Source: Bdellovibrionales bacterium (GTDB lineage: Bacteria > Bdellovibrionota > FAC87 > UBA2466). From it: a stretch of 64,000 nucleotides of DNA. The position numbers and the translations under genes were made by a program. The stretch is taken from positions 64,695-128,694 of the forward strand of contig SXPJ01000103.1 in NCBI GenBank assembly GCA_005776395.1. The letters are read 5' to 3'. This document shows, in pieces, positions 49,904 through 57,239 of the stretch. The notes beneath the pieces were generated by a model. It was not told the origin of the DNA. It saw only the letters and a program-made list of their open reading frames with translations, and did not search any database. Position 1 is the stretch's first letter. Each line of letters starts with the position of its first letter.

Positions 49904-50446
49904 ATGGTGCGTATTTTCTTAGCAGCTTTTGTGTTCCTGTTTTTTGTAGGCTGCGGAAAAAATGATATTGGAACTATGGGAAGAGGGCCTGGTTATTCGT
50001 CGGGACCTATCACCCAGGCCCCCTATTATCCTCAGCAACCGAACTATCCTCCTCCGTCAGGTCCGTATAATCCTCCTCCTGTTTTTAATCCGCAACTTCC
50101 AGTAGGAATGCCCCAGCAGTTTTATCCATGGATTCCGATGTACAATTTTTTTCTGCAACAACCTCGGATCAGTTACCAATGGACAAATATTTGGTCGAGT
50201 TGGCAAATCTATGCAAACAGAACGGGTTGTGGAACCTACAATTTTCCAGTTTTCTGGAACACCTATTTCCCTACTTACTGGAATTACGGTCCTTATGTTC
50301 CGTTTTATCAGTCCATGTGCACTAACTTCTATTCGTGGATGGGGGCAGACGTAGTTTTACCTTCTACGGCAAATTCCAGCTATTTCTGGATGAACTACTC
50401 CGGGGCTCCTCTTTATGATTACAATGATGGTGGATGGAGTTGGTGA
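49904..50446 (+). CDS. Pro/Tyr/Trp-rich orphan lipoprotein
   Basis: Lipobox FFVGC; YPQQPNYPPP linker; aromatic-rich C-terminal domain (ORF track start GTG 49871). Confidence 0.7.
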   Translation: MVRIFLAAFVFLFFVGCGKNDIGTMGRGPGYSSGPITQAPYYPQQPNYPPPSGPYNPPPVFNPQLPVGMPQQFYPWIPMYNFFLQQPRISYQWTNIWSSWQIYANRTGCGTYNFPVFWNTYFPTYWNYGPYVPFYQSMCTNFYSWMGADVVLPSTANSSYFWMNYSGAPLYDYNDGGWSW

Positions 50447-50542
50447 TACTTTGGTATTTTATCCTGGAACGCTGAGTCGCGCCTTTGTAATAGAACTCCA
50501 AATTTCCGGGTTCTTTCTAAATAACGGCTAGAGGACTAGTCG

Positions 50543-50860
50543 TCACTCGAGGGCTTTGCATAGTTTGTAAAGATGACGAGCGAGTTTGTCCGTGATTTCA
50601 CTCAATTCAGGGTTATGAATCTCAAGTAATTGAAGAGCTGCTATACTTTCACGAAAACTGCCAAGAGCAATACGGTAGAATCTTGCTCTGTCTTTAGGAC
50701 TGGGTTTAGCCGAACCCTCTGCGAGATTCAAAGCCACACTTGAAGCTGCTCGTTGTAATTGCCCCTTCAGATGACAAGGCACTTTAAATTTCGAAACCAA
50801 GCGATAAAATTGAACGGCTAATTCGTAAGTTCTAAAATTATTAGTTCTAAAATTATTCAT
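50543..50860 (-). CDS. Four-helix-bundle protein (23S rRNA IVP / Avd-like family)
   Basis: QLQRAASSVALNLAEG...RFYRIALGSFRE signature; 105 aa; AAGGGG SD. Confidence 0.88.
   Translation of the reverse strand: MNNFRTNNFRTYELAVQFYRLVSKFKVPCHLKGQLQRAASSVALNLAEGSAKPSPKDRARFYRIALGSFRESIAALQLLEIHNPELSEITDKLARHLYKLCKALE
50828..50857 (+). repeat. 15-bp perfect tandem duplication (NNFRT x2)
   Basis: AGTTCTAAAATTATT at 50828-50842 and 50843-50857. Confidence 0.9.
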
Positions 50861-50929
50861 TTTTTCCCCTTTAAAAAATTAGTTTTCACCAAGGGCGGAA
50901 ACTAATTTTTTAAAGGGAAAAAAATGAAT
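50855..50929. repeat. 31-bp inverted repeat (30/31 match) with 13-nt loop, covering both SD sequences and start codons
   Basis: Arms 50855-50885 and 50899-50929, compared by hand. Confidence 0.95.
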
Positions 50930-51210
50930 CTTCGATGTTACGAATTAGTCGTTCAATTTTATCGCTTGTTGCGAATTAAGAAAATCCCAGGACCGTTAAA
51001 GGGTCAATTACAACGAGCAGCTTCAAGTGTGGCTTTGAACTTGGCTGAAGGTTGGGGGGCACTCCTGCAGATAGGCAAAGGTTCTTCCAATCGCTTTTGG
51101 AAGTCACAGAGAGATACAGGCCATTATTCAACTTGAACCTGATGAATTTAACAAAAAGGAACGAGATACTTTGACCCTTTAGCTGCTAGCGTCTTCAAAC
51201 TCTGCGCAAT
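50924..51210 (+). pseudogene. Frameshifted second four-helix-bundle gene
   Basis: QLQRAASSVALNLAEG in the first frame; homology continues as TPADRQRFFQ (from 51061), IAFGSHREIQAIIQL (from 51090) and LAASVFKLC (from 51179), i.e. three frame changes. Confidence 0.8.
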
Positions 51211-51389
51211 TGCCGGGTGCCTTGACCGCAACCCGGTGTGCCAGTTGCCGCAATGCCGAAATCAGCTATCAGCTAGGCGGGGATATATAAATAAAAAAAA
51301 ATAGCGAAATTTCCGTCAAATCTATGACACTTCTTTTGCGGGTCTGACACCTCTTTCGATATTCTTCCCTTTATTTTGTGTTTTGCTCA

Positions 51390-51405
51390 TGGCACTTCCG
51401 TTGCA
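51390..51405 (+). promoter_or_regulatory. Sigma54 promoter of the flagellar fliL operon
   Basis: TGGCACTTCCGTTGCA, near-consensus TGGCAC-N5-TTGCA; GAGGGGG SD downstream. Confidence 0.85.
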
Positions 51406-51443
51406 CTGGAGTGCCATGTCACTAAAAAATTGAGGGGGATCGT

Positions 51444-52118
51444 ATGGCCGAAGCTTCTACCGACAAAAAAGCACCCGAATCAAAAAAAGGTGAAGAGAAA
51501 GCTAAAGAGAATCAAAAAGAAAAGCCAAAGCCAAAACTGGCAGTAGCTCCTGAAGGAGCGGCTAATGCTGGGACTAAACCGAAAAGAGATATTTTAAATA
51601 TTTCGATTCTGGTTGTTTCAGTTCTTAATATCGCGATGCTTGTCACTCTAGGGCTCTTCGTCAATAAAATGTCATCAAAAATAAAAGAGGTTCAAGAGAA
51701 AACCACAACCTTAATTGAAGTGGTTAACTCTGAAGAAAAAGAGCGAGAAGAGGCCAGACAGAAAAAGAAAAGTCTAGAAGCCAAATTATTGGGTAAAGAG
51801 TTAGTGGCTCCTCCACAGGGGACTCTTTATCCCTTGGACAGTTTTCTTGTAAATATTTCAAGCGATCAAGGTTCTAAGTTTTTACAAACTCAGTTAGAGC
51901 TGGAACTTAGTGATCCCTCTCTTGAAGAAGAGGTGACTAAGAAAAGAGCGGCCTTAAGAGATGCCATTATCGTGCTTTTATCGAGTAAAAGTTACAAAGA
52001 ACTTAAAGAAGCTAATGGCATCAAATCTTTGAGAGTTGAAGTTCAAAAGACTTTAAATGGACTTTTAACAACTGGAATAATTAAGGAAGTTTTCTTTACT
52101 CAATTTCACTTCAATTAA
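51444..52118 (+). CDS. fliL: Flagellar basal body-associated protein FliL
   Basis: TM, FLVNI, LRDAIIVLLSSK, KEVFFTQF; directly before fliM. Confidence 0.9.
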   Translation: MAEASTDKKAPESKKGEEKAKENQKEKPKPKLAVAPEGAANAGTKPKRDILNISILVVSVLNIAMLVTLGLFVNKMSSKIKEVQEKTTTLIEVVNSEEKEREEARQKKKSLEAKLLGKELVAPPQGTLYPLDSFLVNISSDQGSKFLQTQLELELSDPSLEEEVTKKRAALRDAIIVLLSSKSYKELKEANGIKSLRVEVQKTLNGLLTTGIIKEVFFTQFHFN

Positions 52119-52130
52119 GGTAAGAAATCT

Positions 52131-53150
52131 ATGGCTGAAGTTTTATCTCAAAATGAAATAGATGCTCTTCTAACTGCCGTTTCTGACGGTAATGTGAAAG
52201 CCACCCCTCCAATTCCTAAAGCAACTCCAGAAATAGATTCGACAAAGTATCCTTTATATGATCTCACCTCTCAAGAGAAGATTACTAAGGGGAAACTGGT
52301 CGCACTTAAGGGGATCCATGAGCGCTTTGTCACATTACTTAGAATGAGCATGGCTCATAGCTTTAAAAAGAATATTTCGATAAAAATTAATCACACAGAA
52401 TTTGTAAAATTCCGTGAATATCTAGCCACGTTAACTCGTCCAGTGAATTTGACTTTGTTTGAGTGTGAAGAGCTAAAGGGAACTATGATAATAACCTCTA
52501 GAAGCTCTTTCACCTATTCCTTGGTGGATGCTTACTACGGAGGCTCAGATCGTCCATATATAAAATCCACTGATGCCGAAAGTTTTACTCTTATCGAAAA
52601 TGAGGTGATTAAAAAGTTTATGCAAATGGCTCAAAAGGATTTAGAGCAGGCATGGAATTTAAATTATCCGATGAAGTTAAATTATCAACGAGCTGAAAGT
52701 AATGGTGTTTTTATTGGAACTATTCAACCCAATGATCTAGTGGCTGTTGTGAATTGTGAAGTGGAAATAGAAAATCTCACAGGATCTGTAGATCTCGTAG
52801 TTCAATTGCATCCCCTGGATAGCATCGCACATGCTCTGAGTGTCAATATTACAGGCCAGATTCCAGGTGAAAAGGAATCCTGGAAGCAGCACTGGTTAAA
52901 AGAGCTAATGGATATGGATTTTGAAATTCGGGGCGTATTGGGTCAAACAGAAAAGTCTCTTAAAGAGATTCGTCAGATGAAAGTGGGAGATGTTTTAGTC
53001 TTAGGACAAGACGCAGCCTCTTCGATCCCCTTACTTATTCAGGATGTGGCGAAGTTTAAGGGAATGATCGGAGTTTTTCGCGGTAACAATGCAGTTAGAT
53101 TAACAAAGGATTTATCCAAAGAAAAAGAGGAGTCGAAAGATGGCAAATGA
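52131..53150 (+). CDS. fliM: Flagellar motor switch protein FliM
   Basis: MAEVLSQNEIDALL CheY-binding peptide, YDL, YGGS, C-terminal SpoA domain. Confidence 0.93.
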   Translation: MAEVLSQNEIDALLTAVSDGNVKATPPIPKATPEIDSTKYPLYDLTSQEKITKGKLVALKGIHERFVTLLRMSMAHSFKKNISIKINHTEFVKFREYLATLTRPVNLTLFECEELKGTMIITSRSSFTYSLVDAYYGGSDRPYIKSTDAESFTLIENEVIKKFMQMAQKDLEQAWNLNYPMKLNYQRAESNGVFIGTIQPNDLVAVVNCEVEIENLTGSVDLVVQLHPLDSIAHALSVNITGQIPGEKESWKQHWLKELMDMDFEIRGVLGQTEKSLKEIRQMKVGDVLVLGQDAASSIPLLIQDVAKFKGMIGVFRGNNAVRLTKDLSKEKEESKDGK

Positions 53151-53517
53151 AGGCGCAAAAACACAAGGTGAGCAAAATATAAACCCTGAAGAAACTGTGG
53201 CTCAGCCAGAATTAAAGCTCCACGTTAATCCCAGTGCCAATGAGAGTGAGAACTCGCTGGATTTAATTCTAGATATTCCTCTTAAAGTTAGCGTGGAACT
53301 TGGAAGAACTAAGATTTTAGTTCAAGATCTTTTGAAACTTCATAAAGGGAGTGTCATTGAACTTACGAAATTAGCGGGCGATCCCTTGGAGATTCTAGTG
53401 AACGACAAGGTGGTCGCAAAGGGTGAGGTTATCGTCATTAATGAGAAGTTTGGTATCCGACTTACCGATATCGTGAGTCATGCACAGAGAATTAGACAAT
53501 TAGGAGAATCGAAGTGA
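53140..53517 (+). CDS. fliN: Flagellar motor switch protein FliN
   Basis: LDIPLKVSVELGRT, GSVIEL, AKGEVIVINEKFGIR. Confidence 0.95.
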   Translation: MANEGAKTQGEQNINPEETVAQPELKLHVNPSANESENSLDLILDIPLKVSVELGRTKILVQDLLKLHKGSVIELTKLAGDPLEILVNDKVVAKGEVIVINEKFGIRLTDIVSHAQRIRQLGESK

Positions 53518-54323
53518 AATATCTAACTCTAATCCTTCTGGTAAGTGCTACCATTTTTGGATTTGAAATATCCTCAGTGAAAGTTGGTGGCGATAATCAG
53601 GCTGTAATTGAGTTTGTAGGAATCGGAGTCAAAAGCTCTGCTCCTACTTATAAAGTCTCAGGTAATATAGTTGAACTAAATTTCGCTAATACGACTTTAG
53701 CCCAGGTTCATCAAGGTAAGTTAGATGTAAGCTCTCCTCATGCCTTAGTTCACAGAGTGAGTCTCTTTGAGTCAGCCGCTAAGCAGGTAAGAGCCATGGT
53801 GGTGCTTAACGGCTCCCTTGAAGGATTGAAAAATCGTTTAGCTACCTCTGAGAGTTCTCAGGGGGTTGTTCTTAAAGTGGATTATCCTAGAGTTGGAAAC
53901 TCAACCCTGGATCTTTTAAAAGAAGAACAGCTTCCGCTTCAAGATGTAAGCAAAGAATCCAAAAAGGAATCTAAAGGCTTTCAATGGGTGCAGATTGTTC
54001 TCTTTTTAATTGTAGTGCTGGGAGCGGGTGTTTCAACTTTTTTTATCGTTCGATTCGCTAAGGCGAAGGGCACCTGGGGAGGGAGCCGTAAATATTTAAT
54101 TGAGCAACTAAGCTATGTTCCTGTAGGAGGAACTAAAAGTGGTGTGGCTTTGGTTAAAGTGGGGAGTGACTTTGTTTTGTTAGGAGTGACTCAGAATCAG
54201 GTTACATTTCTATCAAATCTTCCCAAACTTTCAGAGCAATACGAAGAAGAAAACAGTTTTGAGAAAAACGCTTTTAATGAAGCTGTTAAGGAGCAGATTC
54301 GAGGAAATACATTTACTGTATGA
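53514..54323 (+). CDS. fliO: FliO with N-terminal periplasmic (AMIN-like) domain
   Basis: Signal peptide, beta domain, TM, then LVKVGSDFVLLGVT FliO motif; between fliN and fliP. Confidence 0.8.
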   Translation: MKYLTLILLVSATIFGFEISSVKVGGDNQAVIEFVGIGVKSSAPTYKVSGNIVELNFANTTLAQVHQGKLDVSSPHALVHRVSLFESAAKQVRAMVVLNGSLEGLKNRLATSESSQGVVLKVDYPRVGNSTLDLLKEEQLPLQDVSKESKKESKGFQWVQIVLFLIVVLGAGVSTFFIVRFAKAKGTWGGSRKYLIEQLSYVPVGGTKSGVALVKVGSDFVLLGVTQNQVTFLSNLPKLSEQYEEENSFEKNAFNEAVKEQIRGNTFTV

Positions 54324-55066
54324 ATATTTCATTCACCCTATTCAAATTCTTTATGTCGGTAGCTCATTCAGCCCCCAAATCTGAAGGAGGGCTGTTACCG
54401 CCACTTCAACTGTCCATGGGATCAGCCAATAACCCGGAGCAGGTCGCGGTTGTTCTAAAAATCGTAGCAATGCTTACGATTCTCTCTCTGGCCCCTTCAT
54501 TGCTCATCATGATGACCTCTTTTGTGAGGATCGTGATTGTATTATCTTTTTTAAGACAGGCGATCGGAACTCAGGTTCTTCCTCCTAATCAGCTCATTAT
54601 CGGTCTCGCTCTATTTTTGACCTCCTTTATTATGGCTCCAGTTTGGAAGGGGATTCACCAGGAAGCTCTAATTCCTTACTTAGACAATAAGGTCAGCCAA
54701 TCTGATGCCTTGGCTTATACCGAGGGGGCCATTCGAAAATTTATGTTTAAACAGACTCGAGATAAGGATCTTGGGTTGTTTGTTAAGTTATCAAATATGG
54801 CTATGCCCACCAAGAGAGCTGATGTTCCCACCTATCTTTTGATTCCTGCCTTTATGATCTCAGAGCTTAAGACCGCTTTTTTAATTGGATTTATGATCTA
54901 CATTCCATTTCTTGTTCTCGACATGGTTGTAGCAAGTGTTCTCATGGCCATGGGGATGATGATGCTGCCCCCTGTGGTTATTTCATTACCATTTAAATTG
55001 ATCCTTTTTGTTCTTGTGGATGGATGGCAGTTAATCATTGGTTCATTGGTTAAGAGCTTTGGATAA
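54320..55066 (+). CDS. fliP: Flagellar export gate protein FliP
   Basis: MTSFVRI, PPNQ, PAFMISELKTAF, MGMMMLPP, LVDGW. Confidence 0.97.
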   Translation: MNISFTLFKFFMSVAHSAPKSEGGLLPPLQLSMGSANNPEQVAVVLKIVAMLTILSLAPSLLIMMTSFVRIVIVLSFLRQAIGTQVLPPNQLIIGLALFLTSFIMAPVWKGIHQEALIPYLDNKVSQSDALAYTEGAIRKFMFKQTRDKDLGLFVKLSNMAMPTKRADVPTYLLIPAFMISELKTAFLIGFMIYIPFLVLDMVVASVLMAMGMMMLPPVVISLPFKLILFVLVDGWQLIIGSLVKSFG

Positions 55067-55069
55067 TTT

Positions 55070-55339
55070 ATGCAAACAGAGCAAATTTTAGATATCACAC
55101 GGCAAGCAATGCGAGTGGCAGTTTTGCTCTCTGCTCCACTACTTCTCTTTGGACTTGTGGTTGGTGTGTTAATGAATGTTTTGCAAGCGGTAACACAAAT
55201 TACCGAAACAACTTTAGCTGTAGTCCCTAAAATGGCGGCTATGCTTTTAGCTTTGATAATTTTTTCTCCATGGATGCTGGATATATTGATGGATTTCACC
55301 ACTCAGTTATTTGAAAGCATCCCAAGTATGATTCGATAA
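55070..55339 (+). CDS. fliQ: Flagellar export gate protein FliQ
   Basis: QAVTQITETTLAVVPK. Confidence 0.95.
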   Translation: MQTEQILDITRQAMRVAVLLSAPLLLFGLVVGVLMNVLQAVTQITETTLAVVPKMAAMLLALIIFSPWMLDILMDFTTQLFESIPSMIR

Positions 55340-55344
55340 AAACC

Positions 55345-56130
55345 ATGACATCACTCTATCCCAACAACTGGATGGCCTATCTAGGTGTGTTTACAGTTTT
55401 TGTGCGAGTGCTTGGGTTTTTTATGTTGGTTCCTGGCTTTTCTCATAAAACAATTCCAGTTAATATTCGTGTTCTTCTTTGCATGTCCCTTTCCTTGGCT
55501 TTTTATCCTCTGGTCCAAAATATGATTGGAACTTTCCCTGACACCTGGGGAGGAATTTTCTTGGTTGCATTAAAAGAGACCGGAGTAGGTCTCCTTATGG
55601 GGTTTATCTGTTATTTAACTTATGAAGCCATTCATCTTGCGGCTCAAATTGTAGGCTATCAGATGGGTTTCGGAACAGCAGGACTTATTGATCCCGCTAA
55701 TCAAAGCAATGAATCTTTATTAGTTCCTCTGCACAGTTGGCTGGCTCTTTTAGTTCTCTTTACTACAGATCTTCATCACCATCTTCTTAAATTGTTTCTT
55801 ATGAGTTATGTAGCCACTCAAAAACTTCAGATAGCTAGTTTTTCCAATGAAGAAACCTTTCGTCTGGTAACTCAAGTCTCAGGAAATTTATTTGTATTAG
55901 CCATTCAAATGGGGGCTCCATTCACTCTTTTAATATTATCTTGTAACGTCGTTATGGGGGTTCTTTCTAGACTGATGCCTCAACTTAATGTCATGTTATT
56001 TAGTTTTCCAATTACAATTCTTCTTGGGTTTTGCGCTCTTTATCTTCTAGCTCCTGAGATTCTTGAATATATGGGGAATTTATTAGGAGAAATGGGACAG
56101 AACTGCGTTCTGCTATTGAAAACTTTTTAA
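55345..56130 (+). CDS. fliR: Flagellar export gate protein FliR
   Basis: AQIVGYQMGF, DP, RLMPQLNV...FP. Confidence 0.93.
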   Translation: MTSLYPNNWMAYLGVFTVFVRVLGFFMLVPGFSHKTIPVNIRVLLCMSLSLAFYPLVQNMIGTFPDTWGGIFLVALKETGVGLLMGFICYLTYEAIHLAAQIVGYQMGFGTAGLIDPANQSNESLLVPLHSWLALLVLFTTDLHHHLLKLFLMSYVATQKLQIASFSNEETFRLVTQVSGNLFVLAIQMGAPFTLLILSCNVVMGVLSRLMPQLNVMLFSFPITILLGFCALYLLAPEILEYMGNLLGEMGQNCVLLLKTF

Positions 56131-56139
56131 CTGTAAATT

Positions 56140-57219
56140 ATGGCACTATTCGATGATTCAAATGATGAACGTACCGAGACTGCGACGCCGTATCGTCGTG
56201 AGGAGTTTCGTAAGCAAGGAACCGTAGCCATGAGCCGAGAGGTTCTCTCGGTGTTGATGATGGGGGCTGTTGCATTTGCTCTTTACGGCAGTTGTCATAC
56301 GATGCTAACTCAGTTTTCCACTCTCGCGCAGCAGTATTTTGGATTTCTTGTTCGTGGTGAATTTGAAAAAACTCAACTTCTTGAGATGAGATGGGGAGTG
56401 TTTAAATCTCTGGCCTGGATGGTCTTTCCTGTTTTAACTACAGCAATGGTTGCTGGAATTGTCTCCTCTGTTCTTCAAGTAGGCTTCTATTTCACTACAG
56501 AACCTCTAACTCCTAAGTGGGAAAGAATTAATCCCATTAATGGTTTTAATCGAATGTTTTCAGGTCAAGGGTTCATTGAGGTTATTAAAGCTCTGATTAA
56601 GATTGCTATTGCTGGCTGGGTTGTGTGGAAATTTATAAAAGCAGAAGCTCCTCAAGTGGGAGTTCTATACCAGAAATCCACACTTGAAATAACGACAATT
56701 ACGTTGATCTCCGTTGGGAAATTAATGGTGAGTTTACTTCTTTTTTTAGCAGTTATAGCGGCTCTTGATTATGCTTTTCAGAAGTTTCAGCTAGAAAAGA
56801 AAATGAAAATGACCCGAAGGGAAGCCAAAGAAGAATTTAAACTTCGAGAGGGAGATCCTTTAATTAAGTCTAGGATTAGAAGTATTCAGAGAAAAATAGC
56901 TAGCCGTAGAATGATGGAGGAGATTCCCAAGTCAACAGTGATTGTTACCAACCCCACCCATTTGGCGGTTGCACTTCAATATGAAGCTGGAATGCAGGCT
57001 CCTAAGATAGTGGCAAAAGGGGCTGGTTTTGTAGCAGATAAGATTAAGGAAATTGCACGGGCTAATCGAATTCCTATTGTGGAAAATAAGCCACTGGCCC
57101 GTAATATATTTAAGAATATTCCGATTGGACAATATATTCCGAGAGAACTTTATAAAGCTGTCGCTGAAGTTCTCTCCTATGTGTACAAGCTGCGTGGACT
57201 AATTCGAGCTCCAGCTTGA
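56140..57219 (+). CDS. flhB: Flagellar export protein FlhB
   Basis: RTETATP, EGDP, NPTH autocleavage site, ENKPLAR. Confidence 0.96.
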   Translation: MALFDDSNDERTETATPYRREEFRKQGTVAMSREVLSVLMMGAVAFALYGSCHTMLTQFSTLAQQYFGFLVRGEFEKTQLLEMRWGVFKSLAWMVFPVLTTAMVAGIVSSVLQVGFYFTTEPLTPKWERINPINGFNRMFSGQGFIEVIKALIKIAIAGWVVWKFIKAEAPQVGVLYQKSTLEITTITLISVGKLMVSLLLFLAVIAALDYAFQKFQLEKKMKMTRREAKEEFKLREGDPLIKSRIRSIQRKIASRRMMEEIPKSTVIVTNPTHLAVALQYEAGMQAPKIVAKGAGFVADKIKEIARANRIPIVENKPLARNIFKNIPIGQYIPRELYKAVAEVLSYVYKLRGLIRAPA

Positions 57220-57239
57220 GCTAGTGAAAGAGGCCAACA

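Noticed and set aside
50543..51304. Diversity-generating retroelement suggested by Avd-like genes
   Set aside because: No reverse transcriptase and no template/variable repeat pair differing at adenines in the window.
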